DNA of 64,000 nucleotides from Octopus bimaculoides (lineage: Eukaryota): contig NC_068997.1 in NCBI RefSeq assembly GCF_001194135.2, positions 4,738,936-4,802,935 of the forward strand, written 5' to 3'. The notes under the pieces are model-generated. The model saw nothing but the letters and a program-made list of their open reading frames with translations, was not told where the DNA came from and searched no databases. Below are positions 1 through 12,599 of this stretch, piece after piece (the stretch's first letter is position 1; each line of letters starts with the position of its first letter). A program made the translations under genes and the position numbers.

Positions 1-1478
1 TATGCATGTGTGTAGCAGTAATGCTGCTCAGAACAGCTAGAGAGAGTCATCCTGCCGTTTTGTTGGAAGGTGCTGAAATCCTCATGATTTCTAGCTGGCA
101 GTTAAAGTGAATGTCTTGCAAGCTGCAAGATAATTTATATTACCCCATTTGACTGTATCATTTTACATATATTTTTCCATGCTAGCATGGATTAGATGCA
201 TATATCAAAGAGCTTTGTTTTGCAGTTGGATACTTTCCTATCACTAACCCTAACTTGTTTTTCAAGTAAGAAAGTCTCTTATTTTTTGCATCTTTCAAAG
301 TGCAAAGCCAGCAAATGATGTGTTGACAAAAGAAGTGACTACAGTGTCACTACTTAGCAATTTTCAAAGAAGTGCAAGTCTAAACAATCACACACATGTA
401 TAAACATATGCACACACACATGTACAAATACATGCATGCATGCATACACACAAACACATGCACATACACACATGTACAAATACATGCACGCACACACACA
501 TGCACGCACAAACACTATGAACTGCTTTGAGCCCTAATGGACTTAGATAGACTGACCAACCCCTTCACTGGGTCTGCCTACTCAACCCATCCCATCACCA
601 TTACTACTTTGTCCCTCTTCCTATTCACATCAATACCTGACATTATTCTTCCCCTTCCAAGATTGTTCTGTCTTTTATCTTCTCCATTACCATTTTCTTA
701 CAATAAATCTGTTTCATACATCATGGGTCTCTCTTTCAATTTGCAAGCTGCAAAGTAGCCCCAACAATTCTGACACTTTGAAAAGCACCCATTACACTCC
801 ATTAAGTAATTGGTAATCAATACAAGCAGTTACAATGCAAAGCTTGAGAGGTCTCTTTAATCTTACTGATGGCAAGGCAACCCTATATAGTGCAGGTGCC
901 ATGATAAAATATGTCCAGTACACTCTGTAAAGTGGTTGGTTTTAGGGAGGAGCATCCACTCATAGAAACCATAAAAAAATGAAATGTTCAAGCAAGATAT
1001 GATCCTCCAACCCATTGAATCCTGTTGAACTGTCCTACCTAAGCCAGCTTGAAAAGACGGAGATAAAATTATTATTTTATATATATTGTATGATACAAAT
1101 AAGATGATATTTTTTTGAATACAGAGTTGCTATTAGAACAGCAGACATACTGGGTAAATTACACTAACAAGGTGAAAAATTTGTCAACAACCACCCATGG
1201 GTGGCAACTTTGTCCGAAAAAATTATTTTCTTATTTGTATCATACAATAAACATTTTGACACTTCTAATAACAAAACAGATATGTGTTTGTTTACATTTA
1301 TACACACAGTTGAGATGAGCTGAAATTGCAAAGATAATCTGGAACTCGACTGAGGAAAGAAAGCTCCAAATGACCCGTCCTCATTTTCTTTGTATCGTCT
1401 ATCTGGATGTTTTGTTGTCCATTTTTTGTATCACCTAACTGTCTGGATGTTTTGCGTTCTTGTCCTATTTTGTATTTT

Positions 1479-2073
1479 AGGCCCAGGAAGACCTGGGATG
1501 AGGTGGTGAAGCACGACCTCCGAACTTTAGGCCTCACCAAGGCAATGAATTGTGACCAAGACCTTTGGAAATATGCTGTGCATGAGAAGACCCGGTAAGC
1601 CAAGTGAGACCAAAATCCAAGGCCTCTGCCAGGGATGTAACCAGCCCACTTATGCGTTACATTCTTTCTTTGGACACTAAACTCCGCTTGTGAAGACCTG
1701 TTGAGGCAAGTGAAATCAAAATCAAAATCGAACTAAATTTGTAGACTGGCACCCATGCCAACGTCTTCATTGAACACTAAAATCAGCTTGTGAAGACCTG
1801 TTGGGGCAAGCGAAAGTGAGATCGTGATGGCACCAGTACCAGTAAATCACTAAGAGCACCGTCCGAGCGTGATCATTGCCAGAGCACCAGCTGTCTGGCT
1901 TTCGTGCCGGTAGCACGTAAATATCACCATTTGAGCGTGACTGTTACCAACGTCGCCTTCCTGGCACTTGTGCCAGTGGCACATGAAAAGACATTCAAGC
2001 GAGTTCGTTGCCAGTCCCGCTGGACTGGCTCCTGTGCAGGTGGCACGTAAAATACACCATCATGATGATGATG
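1479..2073 (+). mobile_element. 3' end of an RTE-clade LINE (ORF2 C-terminus + 3' UTR + (GAT)n tail), 5'-truncated
   Basis: Translates as RPRKTWDEVVKHDLRTLGLTKAMNCDQDLWKYAVHEKTR*, matching the RTE C-terminal GRPxKTW..V..D...L....DR..W pattern. It is followed by a UTR with repeated GTGCCNGTGGCACGT units and ends in catgatgatgatg. Confidence 0.75.
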
Positions 2074-2192
2074 AAAATATATATATATTTATTGATAGAA
2101 ATGGCAAGACAACAAAAGAATGAAAGAGACCTCGATATTATGTAAATAGAGGAATTTATCTTTAAATATATGTGACAATTATTCGGTAGCCA

Positions 2193-2255
2193 TGATAAAA
2201 CTCTGAGTTTCGGATGTAGGGGCGGAAAACCATGCCAGCATCTCTTCAGTTATCA
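2193..2255 (-). ncRNA. Type I hammerhead ribozyme motif, intact core
   Basis: Minus strand reads UGAUAA-CUGAAGA-GAUG(cuggcaugguuuuccgccccua)CAUCC-GAAA-CUCAGAG-U-U-UUAUCA. Stem I is UGAUAA/UUAUCA, the core boxes are CUGANGA and GAAA, stem II is G-C closed with one bulged C, stem III is palindromic ACUC/GAGU, and the cleavage triplet is GUU. Confidence 0.7.
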
Positions 2256-2499
2256 AATCATTGAAAAAAATGCTATGAAAATGGCTGTTAAACAAAATGG
2301 AAATTACTGTGCGATTGACCGTTATTAAGTCAAAAGAGCTATTAGGATGACCGCTAAGTAAGGGGAGGGATCCCTTACCTTTACTCCCTCCCGTTACTTA
2401 GCAGTCATCCTAATAGCTCTTTTGTCTTAATAACAGTCAGTCACATAGTAATTTCCCTTTGTTTAACAGTCATTTCCATAGCATTTTTTTCGATGGCCC

Positions 2500-2560
2500 G
2501 ATAACTGAAAAGATGGCAGCATGGGTTTCCGCCCTGACATCCGAAACTCGGAGTTTTATC
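2500..2560 (+). ncRNA. Type I hammerhead ribozyme motif, core mutated (CUGAAAA)
   Basis: Reads GAUAA-CUGAAAA-GAUG...CAUCC-GAAA-CUCGGAG-U-U-UUAUC. Same fold as 2193-2255 but G8 is replaced by A. Confidence 0.6.
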
Positions 2561-2619
2561 ATGGCTACCGAATAATTGTCATATATTATATTTACAGATA
2601 AACTATATATATATATATA

Positions 2620-2825
2620 GGGAGAATTCACAAAAAAACAACAGACGAAGACGGGTGGTGTAGAAAACAAATAGATGTATTAGTATAACGCTCGGGAATT
2701 GAAAAAGTCTTTAACATTTCGAACCCATGCTCTTCCACAGAAAGGAACACAGAAAGAAACAATGAGAGAAAATAAAATGTGTGTAGTGGTTAGCAATCTA
2801 TCGTGGCGAAATGATATCATGGCGA

Positions 2826-2828
<3 letters not shown>
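2620..2828 (-). mobile_element. Short TA-anchored repeat with degenerate minimal hammerhead-like fold (2709-2744); probable PLE terminal repeat
   Basis: Minus strand reads CUUU-CUGUGGA-A-GAGC(augg)GUUC-GAAA-UGU-U-AAAG, giving stem I CUUU/AAAG and stem II GAGC/GUUC with a one-base-off core. (TA)n lies at both ends. Confidence 0.5.
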
Positions 2829-2864
<36 letters not shown>

Positions 2865-3477
2865 NNNNNNNNNNNNNNNNNNNNNNNNNNNNNNNNNNNN
2901 NNNNNNNNNNNNNNNNNNNNNNNNNNNNNNNNNNNNNNNNNNNNNNNNNNNNNNNNNNNNNNNNNNNNNNNNNNNNNNNNNNNNNNNNNNNNNNNNNNNN
3001 NNNNNNNNNNNNNNNNNNNNNNNNNNNNNNNNNNNNNNNNNNNNNNNNNNNNNNNNNNNNNNNNNNNNNNNNNNNNNNNNNNNNNNNNNNNNNNNNNNNN
3101 NNNNNNNNNNNNNNNNNNNNNNNNNNNNNNNNNNNNNNNNNNNNNNNNNNNNNNNNNNNNNNNNNNNNNNNNNNNNNNNNNNNNNNNNNNNNNNNNNNNN
3201 NNNNNNNNNNNNNNNNNNNNNNNNNNNNNNNNNNNNNNNNNNNNNNNNNNNNNNNNNNNNNNNNNNNNNNNNNNNNNNNNNNNNNNNNNNNNNNNNNNNN
3301 NNNNNNNNNNNNNNNNNNNNNNNNNNNNNNNNNNNNNNNNNNNNNNNNNNNNNNNNNNNNNNNNNNNNNNNNNNNNNNNNNNNNNNNNNNNNNNNNNNNN
3401 NNNNNNNNNNNNNNNNNNNNNNNNNNNNNNNNNNNNNNNNNNNNNNNNNNNNNNNNNNNNNNNNNNNNNNNNNNNNN

Positions 3478-3541
<64 letters not shown>

Positions 3542-4026
3542 TCACATACTCACATATATATATATATACACAATAGATTTTTGTTAGTTTCACCACTACT
3601 ACAATTATCATTGTCTCCCCCACTGCAACCACCATCAGCACTAACACCATAATTTATACCATGCAGTTGTTTTGGGTTGTTTTTTTTAACCATTTCTCAA
3701 ATATTTTCAGTGTTACAACAGCTCATGACATATAGTGGAGTCTAACAAACAGATGGAATAAAATACCAATATTTTGTTTTTTTTAAATAACATTTTGAAA
3801 ATGACCAAAATTCCTTATTTTAAAAACCAATTTCTCAGTTGGAAAATATTCGAAATTCTTGGGTTCTTTTATTTTTTTATTTTTTTTTACTTTTCATGAT
3901 TTATAAAATGTTAAATTTTGGTGATGAGTTTGTTATTTCTCTTGAACAGAATGGTTAATAACATCTCTGCAGGTGGTTGCAGAGATTGAAGTGGTGGTGA
4001 TGGTGATACACAGACTTAGAGGAGTC

Positions 4027-4067
<41 letters not shown>

Positions 4068-4512
4068 AAGGGAAAGTAGAGCAAATAGACACTGTAATAT
4101 GTGTGAAACAAAGAGAGAGAGTCAGAAAGATGCTGTCACCATCATCATCATCATCATCATCATTATCATCATCATCATAGTTGCTGGTGTCAGTTGTAAT
4201 TATTACATCTTTATATATATCTAGTTATACTTGGAGATGCTAATTTTTTTTGCCAATTAAATATGTGCACCATATATTTGATCTTCACATATACTGGCAT
4301 GGGTTAGATGAAACTTATTGGTATAGATAATCTATGGTTGGATGCTCTCTCCGTCATCAACCTCAACTTGCTTTCCCAGTAAAGTAATTTTCATGTCCCT
4401 GGTCATCACATGTCCGCTGTGCTATGGCACAGCTGTTTATTGGAGAATATAAACTATGTTACTGTTTATCACTCAATGTTAATAAGGACATGTAGAATTG
4501 CCATGCACACAT

Positions 4513-4551
<39 letters not shown>

Positions 4552-4994
4552 NNNNNNNNNNNNNNNNNNNNNNNNNNNNNNNNNNNNNNNNNNNNNNNNN
4601 NNNNNNNNNNNNNNNNNNNNNNNNNNNNNNNNNNNNNNNNNNNNNNNNNNNNNNNNNNNNNNNNNNNNNNNNNNNNNNNNNNNNNNNNNNNNNNNNNNNN
4701 NNNNNNNNNNNNNNNNNNNNNNNNNNNNNNNNNNNNNNNNNNNNNNNNNNNNNNNNNNNNNNNNNNNNNNNNNNNNNNNNNNNNNNNNNNNNNNNNNNNN
4801 NNNNNNNNNNNNNNNNNNNNNNNNNNNNNNNNNNNNNNNNNNNNNNNNNNNNNNNNNNNNNNNNNNNNNNNNNNNNNNNNNNNNNNNNNNNNNNNNNNNN
4901 NNNNNNNNNNNNNNNNNNNNNNNNNNNNNNNNNNNNNNNNNNNNNNNNNNNNNNNNNNNNNNNNNNNNNNNNNNNNNNNNNNNNNNNNNNNNNG

Positions 4995-5226
4995 GCACAT
5001 AAAAGACACCATTTCGAGCGTGGCCGTTTTCGTGCGGGTGACACGTAAAAGCACCCACTACACTCTCTGAGTGGTTGGCGTTAGGAAGGGCATCCAGCTG
5101 TAGAAACTCTGCCAAATTAGATTGGAGCCTGGTGTTGCCATCCGGTTTCACCAGTCCTCAGTCAAATCGTCCAACCCATGCTAGCATGGAAAGCGGACGT
5201 TAAACGATGATGATGATGATGATGAT
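4995..5226 (+). mobile_element. SINE/LINE 3' end sharing the RTE-type tail (runs out of a gap)
   Basis: gtggttggcgttaggaagggcatccagctgtagaaactctgccaaa...ccaacccatgctagcatggaaagcggacgttaaacgatgatgatg. Related copies at ~890-1070, 5640-5850, 15040-15240(-), 19545-19765, 23430-23585, 26603-26848(-), 45135-45325, 55000-55110(-). Confidence 0.8.
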
Positions 5227-6631
5227 ATATATACACACACACATGTGAAGATAAATAAATAGTGCACATATTTAATTAGCAAAAAGAATTACCATCTCCA
5301 AGTATAACTATATATATATAAAGATCATCTATCCTCCATTTATCCATCTCCCATACACTTTTGCACACCTCTAACCACCCATACTTTTGGTTCTTCTGTC
5401 TCCAACTTTTACTCACCTTGTGCCTCAGAACTCCACCTAAGCACCTCATCACCACTATTTTTATCTCTTCCCATCTCCACCCTGGGCACCACTTCTCCAC
5501 ACTCTTTTCTAAAATGTGAGGAGCCTTATAACTCTTTTACAAGAAAGTTGTTCTGCTCTGGCCTCTTCTTTCATACTTTAATCTTTCATCTCTTTACATA
5601 AAGCCACAACTCTATTGGGGTTTATAATTTTTGCAAGCTGCATTGTGGCTTCACTTGTGCTGGTGGCACCAAAAATGCACCCAATAATGCTATTTACATA
5701 CTTTCAAATGATTGCTGTTAGGAAGGGTATCCAGGCATAGACCATGTCAAAGTAGAAATAGAGCATAATGTAGTCCTTGGACTTTTAAATCCTGTCAATC
5801 TGTCTAACCCATGCCAACATGGAACATGGATGTTAACTGAAGAGGAGATATATATGTTGGCAATCAACTAAAATTTGCATGTATAAGATATAAATAGATA
5901 TATAATGACATATGTATACGTGTATATGTGTGTGTATGTATGTACGTGTGTATGTGTGTGTGTGTATGTATGTATGTGTGTGTGTGTCTGTGTGTGTATA
6001 TATATATATATATATATAAAACAGCGATCGACAAAAAACTTGTATAACAAAATATAAATAGATATATCACAATATATATACAGGTGATCAACTAAAATAT
6101 GTATGTATAAGATATAAATAGATATGTAATGATATATATATATATATATATATATATTGATGATTGTCTAAAATATGTGCGTGAAATAGCATATAAATAG
6201 ATATATTAAGCATTATAATGGTAATTGACTAAATTATGTAGATTTATTTAGAAATGTTTTTTATTGCTTTAAACATTAAAAAAAATTATATTTATATATT
6301 GATGTAGATTTAGCAAGATAAGATGAGAGACAAGATATATGTCGACAGTCTGGAATTGTTCACAGACTTAACAGGAAGTAATGTTTGGCAAAAGATAGAA
6401 AAAAATATATATTGTTATGAAGACAAAATATTAATAATATTATTATTAATATATAATAATATAACAGTGCCATTAATGTTATTATTAATAGTAATGTTGA
6501 GAGTGGTGCATTGCCAGAATTGTTAGAGTGTTGGATAAAAATGCTTTGCAGTATGTTCTGGTACATTCCAATCTGAAATCAATACAGTTGTTGATGTTAA
6601 AGAGAGTTTACATTCCCATGTACCCTTAAAG

Positions 6632-6864
6632 CAATGTTTCTCAACCATTTATTACCTGTGAACCCCTTTGATTGCTATTTTACTCGAATTGACCCTCATA
6701 ACCATTCAATGTTTAAAAAAACCTATTATATTTTTATAATTAAATATTATTAAACATTGTATTTTAAAAAACGCTAAAATATTGTGTGTTGTAGAAATAT
6801 AACCAATTTATTGCACATATATTTTAACAACAAAATCTTATAGGGAACCCCAAGACAATATGGA
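6632..6864. mobile_element. hAT-type MITE, right TIR lost
   Basis: Starts caatgtttctcaacc (hAT CAGTGxTTCTCAA-like TIR). The 8-mer CCTTAAAG occurs at 6624-6631 and 6865-6872. The internal sequence aligns with the 37185-37406 copy. Confidence 0.55.
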
Positions 6865-7092
6865 CCTTAAAGGAACAAGCAGTGCTGAGAGAAAATTCAT
6901 TCAGAATTCTCAATGATCAGTATTTTTCTGAAGAAAACAGGAAGAAGCTAGTTACTGTTTTGTGACATAGATATGGAAATCAGAATCCTGGCCAAAAGGA
7001 CTCTACGTCAGATTTTCATTACCTGAGCAAGCTATATCTGAGGAGCGGGGCACTGATGAGGAAATGGGATATGTAGCACATGTCATGCTTAC

Positions 7093-7137
7093 CAAATATC
7101 CTTCTTCTAATGCAAATGTGCAGAAAAAATAATATCC
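7093..7137 (-). CDS. Candidate internal exon (45 nt) of an unidentified minus-strand gene
   Basis: Acceptor atatattcag| and donor |gtaagc. Phase 0 gives GYYFFCTFALEEGYL and phase 1 gives ILFFLHICIRRRIF. Lies in unique sequence between repeats. Frame and product unresolved. Confidence 0.3.
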
Positions 7138-7521
7138 CTGAATATATAAATATACATACATTATTATCATCATCATTATTTTAATGTCAAGTTGTTCATG
7201 CTTGTATAAGTCTGAGGAGGCTTTGTTGAAGCAGATTCTTCTGCAGCTGGATGCTCTTCCTGTTGGATGCTCTTCCTGTTGGATGCTCTTCCTGTCTTCA
7301 CCTGTTTCCAAGAAAAGTAATATTTCCCTTCGTCTATTGAACAGTAAACAGTCTAGACAGGCTTTCGTGAAGGATTGTAAACAAATGACACTGCTTTTAT
7401 GAGTGGTGGGTTTTCTTTTGTTTACAGTTAGCATATACATACATGGATGTATCCATGCATGCATGCGTACATATGTGCATGCATACTTACAGGCATGTAT
7501 ACATATTGGTGCATACACAGG

Positions 7522-7524
<3 letters not shown>

Positions 7525-7602
<78 letters not shown>
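7525..7602. repeat. (CA)n microsatellite (representative of dozens of CA/TA/CT/GAT/AAT arrays)
   Basis: Uninterrupted CA run. Other examples: (TA)n 11870-11937, 32191-32237, 36179-36221; (CT)n 47687-47760; (AAT)n 36920-36969. Confidence 0.95.
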
Positions 7603-7604
<2 letters not shown>

Positions 7605-7646
7605 CTGCTTTATCCTATATAAAATGAATGTTGTAAGAGTAATTAC

Positions 7647-7719
7647 TTGCAGCAAGTGAATACACTTCCCTGATGATATTGAACAAGAACAAACCATATC
7701 TGTTGCTGTTCCCAGTTGG
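7647..7719 (-). CDS. Candidate internal exon (73 nt) of an unidentified minus-strand gene
   Basis: Acceptor ccctgtctttgtag| and donor |gtaatt. All three frames are open (QLGTATDMVCSCSISSGKCIHLLQ / PTGNSNRYGLFLFNIIREVYSLAA / NWEQQQIWFVLVQYHQGSVFTCC). Confidence 0.3.
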
Positions 7720-8661
7720 CTACAAAGACAGGGTTCACTATTAACTGTATCTGTTTTAATTTCCCAAATATTTCAGTCAGCTGATGTTGCAAGAGTTATC
7801 TCTCTTACTTAATGTTTTTCAATTTGAACTCCCTCTAGAGGAAGTTTCTAACTTCAAATTTACAGTGATAATATCACTTGATTGAAATTTTGTTACTGAC
7901 TATATTACGCAAGATTCTGTTTTGTGTGTGTTTGTGCATTGGTGTCAGTATGCATGTGTGACTGTGTGTGAGATTGTGAGTGTTTGTGTATGTAAGTGTA
8001 AAGCTGCAGTTGATTTTTTTTTCCCTGGTGATTTCCATTTAAGCCATGAAACCATACACACAGGTCCCACGGGAGGTTAACTGTCTTCCTGTGTCTACTA
8101 TATTTTTGTGTGTTTGTGTGTGTGTGTGTGTGTTTTTAGCTGTGGTGGTAGTGTGAAGGTGGTTGGCTGGTTAGTTGGTTGGTGATTCTGAATTGTTTTT
8201 TAAGGAAAATTTGGAACAAAGAAATAGGAGTAAAAAATAATAAATTTGGTTTCCAGAGTTAAGTGAGGTATTTTAATTTTGTTTAATGGAAAAACAGTGG
8301 AAGAACATTAAAAGAAGATGAGGTCATGCCCACACACAAACACACACACTCATGTGTGTATATATATANNNNNNNNNNNNNNNNNNNNNNNNNNNNNNNN
8401 NNNNNNNNNNNNNNNNNNNNNNNNNNNNNNNNNNNNNNNNNNNNNNNNNNNNNNNNNNNNNNNNNNNNNNNNNNNNNNNNNNNNNNNNNNNNNNNNNNNN
8501 NNNNNNNNNNNNNNNNNNNNNNNNNNNNNNNNNNNNNNNNNNNNTATATATATATATATATATATATATATTTACATACATACACAGACACACCTTACTG
8601 TACATATACATTCACGCAAATGTACTACAATACATTTATAACCACATATATCACATACACA

Positions 8662-8702
<41 letters not shown>

Positions 8703-9636
8703 ACAACAAATGCATCCTGGTTACATACTCATACCATTTTTTATCACACATGCACTGTGTAAAGCACACATTATATACAAGACATTATTACATGTCATAT
8801 CACATCTGATACACGTTACATACAACATGCATTATATACCACACATTTCATTACAACATACATTAAATGCAATAAATAACATGCAACACACAGTACGTAC
8901 GCATACAGGTTACATCTTTGGCATCACCCAACATACCAGTAGACTTAAACAGAGAGAGAGAGAGAGAGCATAGGAGACAGAGAGTGATTACCTTTAATTT
9001 TTGTCAGAGAATATAATTAATATAACAGCCACTTCTGACCTTGGGCTACATTACTTTATTGATGGTGATGATGATGATGATCATGGTTGTTATGGTAAGG
9101 ATGATTAACTGGTCACCAATCTTTAAACAACTTTCATATCTGTCAAACCCCACCTACTAACCACTCCACCAGCCTCACCAACCGTCCCCACACATCTACC
9201 ACATCTATCACTGCACACCTCGCCCCATTTTTTATACACCCATTCAATGTCTTTTAATGAATATCATTTCTAATTGTTATATAGACAGTTACAACAATAA
9301 CTACACTACACACCACAACACACAACTGTGTATACTACTTTATACCATAATGAATCACTGATAAAGGTTGAGGAAGCCCTATTAAACCCAACTTATTGGG
9401 GCCTTTTCACAATTGAAAATATCTTAACCCTTTTTGCTCCAACAATATAAAAAAAAGCAACCACTAATAATTCACAAATACATGACACCACATATAATAC
9501 CAACTCAACTAACATTATCATAATGAACCAATAAATGCCATAACGAACCAACAAACGCCATAACGAACCACTACACACTGCAACACACAATTACACATTA
9601 TTCACTACACATCACGATACACCACTCTGTACACTG

Positions 9637-9735
9637 CACACATTACACACCTCTACACAAGACTTCACCACATCATACGTTACAGCACACATTACACACC
9701 TCTACACAAGACTTCACCACATCATACGTTACAGC
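9637..9735. repeat. 49-bp minisatellite, two identical units running into an N gap
   Basis: cacacattacacacctctacacaagacttcaccacatcatacgttacag x2, then N. Confidence 0.85.
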
Positions 9736-11861
9736 NNNNNNNNNNNNNNNNNNNNNNNNNNNNNNNNNNNNNNNNNNNNNNNNNNNNNNNNNNNNNNNNN
9801 NNNNNNNNNNNNNNNNNNNNNNNNNNNNNNNNNNNNNNNNNNNNNNNNNNNNNNNNNNNNNNNNNNNNNNNNNNNNNNNNNNNNNNNNNNNNNNNNNNNN
9901 NNNNNNNNNNNNNNNNNNNNNNNNNNNNNNNNNNNNNNNNNNNNNNNNNNNNNNNNNNNNNNNNNNNNNNNNNNNNNNNNNNNNNNNNNNNNNNNNNNNN
10001 NNNNNNNNNNNNNNNNNNNNNNNNNNNNNNNNNNNNNNNNNNNNNNNNNNNNNNNNNNNNNNNNNNNNNNNNNNNNNNNNNNNNNNNNNNNNNNNNNNNN
10101 NNNNNNNNNNNNNNNNNNNNNNNNNNNNNNNNNNNNNNNNNNNNNNNNNNNNNNNNNNNNNNNNNNNNNNNNNNNNNNNNNNNNNNNNNNNNNNNNNNNN
10201 NNNNNNNNNNNNNNNNNNNNNNNNNNNNNNNNNNNNNNNNNNNNNNNNNNNNNNNNNNNNNNNNNNNNNNNNNNNNNNNNNNNNNNNNNNNNNNNNNNNN
10301 NNNNNNNNNNNNNNNNNNNNNCATTAAAGCATATCACTGTACACCACTACACGCAGCTACACACCTCTGCACAACACTTCACCACACAACACCACACTTA
10401 CACTACACTGCACAGTTCTACACTACCTACACCCTACTGTCCTACATTACACTACATTGCCTTTACACAATGCTGCACAGTTTTACATTATAAGCTCTCC
10501 CCTACACTAACCTACATGCCCTTCATTACACTGCACCATACAAGCCTATACTACACTATCCTACAATACACTGGCCTACATACACTATGCTGCCTAATAC
10601 TACACTGTCCTACACTACCCTGCCCTACTTTTCACAACGCTACATTGTACTGTTTACACTATAATGCACTGCCCTACATTACAGTACTCTAACATTAGCA
10701 AGCAAATGTCCTCCAATTGTACACTATTTTCTTGTAAATGTATGAGGATACTTTGGATAATGTAGTACTTGCTAATTTTACAAAGATAGGCAGATCTCAG
10801 CTGGAATATTCTCTTTTTTTTTATAGCATCTGTGTGGAGGAAAGGCTGTACCCATATCTCTCACAGACCCTCTTTGACCTGTTACATTGGCAGTATGTTT
10901 CTTGTGTTGAACTATGACTGAGTTTAGTGGTTAGTGCAAGTCTTGATGTTGATGGCAGAGGAGACAGGTGATGTAGGAGTATCAGATTAAATATGGTAAA
11001 AAAGATTTCATGGAGCAGAGACCATTGGTGTATCAATAGAAACAGTAAAGAGAGAGGGAAGATGCAGTGTGTGTGTGTTTCCAAGCAAAGTAATATTTCC
11101 CCATGGCCAGCAAGGTTTTCATAGAAGATTGGAAATGAATAACATTGCTTACTTGACATTGACAATCATTTATGTAATTTCAAGACAATTATATATATGT
11201 ACACACGCACACGCACGCGCACACACACACACACACATGACAGGCTTCTTTCAGATTCTGTCTACAAAATACATTCGCAAAGCTTTGGTCATCCCATAAG
11301 TATTGCTTTTCTGTTGATGGTCTAACAAAAGTAGAAATTAGTTAAAATGATCCCTTTCTCTGCACACCTGTATTTGTAATCCTTAAAAAATTATATTATG
11401 AGGGCTGCTTTACTTTACTGGTTTTGAAAAAAGTTATAAATGTTGCTTTAGCTCTTCTGACTGAGATAAGAAAAATATTCCATGCACCAACCCACCCATC
11501 TACATCATTTAATAGAGAAAATATAATTTGGATTGTTATGCTTTAGTTAGCATGAAATTTTCCTTTAGAATGAATTCTGTTTTTCCAAAACGTTTTTTCA
11601 TGCTTCCACCGGTTGTCACATAATTCTTGTGTTGCAGAGTCTGTGATTCATAAAAGATATATTAAGTCTGATATTAAATTCTCAATGGAGCCATTAATGA
11701 GATAATCAACGATTAAATTAGATATGTTATGATAGCTGACTCATTTAAGTGAGCCATTTGACATGGAAGGATGTAATCAGTAAAACGTCTGTATTAAAAC
11801 AGCTACCTATCTCTCTCTCTATATATCTATCTCTCTCTCTATCTATCTATCTATCTATCTA

Positions 11862-11940
<79 letters not shown>

Positions 11941-12599
11941 TCTCTATTATGGTTGTTGGAGCAGCAGACTCTCTTCTACTCCTTACTCCTAACATAGGGA
12001 CTGGTTCACTAATCAGTGAAGGGAACTTTCACATAGTCTATTAACCTGTTTGTTCAATAAGGAAAGCTCCACCAAGTCAATTGATATGTTAATGATAGCA
12101 GCCAAATATTCATCAAATCATACTCTACTGTCTTTAAAAGTGGATGATATGGAGTCAGGTAGTCAAGATCTTGACTCACAAGTGTAAGGTCATGGGTTCA
12201 GTTTCTGGACAAAGCAGTGCTTACTACCACAAATAATAATGATGCCTTTTATTGGCCACAAGGATCCAAATAATAATAACTGTTTCTAACATAGTTTCAA
12301 AGTCAGGCATTTATGTTGGTGGGATTCAGGAATAGTTGCTCATAATGATCCCAGTATTTGACTAGTATTTTATTCTATTGAACTCAAAGTGATGAATGGC
12401 AAAGTTAACCTTAGCAGAATTTGAACTTAGAATGTTAAGACTCACATAAAATACCTCAAAGTAACATTGAGTATAACAGATTTATAACAGATGTTAATGA
12501 CTTCATATACTGTGCAGTCTCTGTTACTATAGAAATTCTTGGAATTTCTCAAAGAATTTGTAGAAATTCTTGTACAAATTTCTACAAATCAGCAGGAAA

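Larger units (their letters stand above)
2089..2604. mobile_element. Fold-back (palindromic) element, ~450 bp hairpin, flanked by (TA)n; probable Penelope-like terminal-repeat derivative
   Basis: 2153-~2372 is the reverse complement of ~2385-2604, e.g. gacaattattcggtagccatgataaaact / agttttatcatggctaccgaataattgtc and aaaagagctattaggatgac / gtcatcctaatagctctttt. TA runs lie on both sides. Confidence 0.85.

Noticed and set aside
9637-9735. Regularly spaced repeats as a possible CRISPR-like array
   Set aside because: Identical tandem units without unique spacers in a eukaryotic context, i.e. an ordinary minisatellite.
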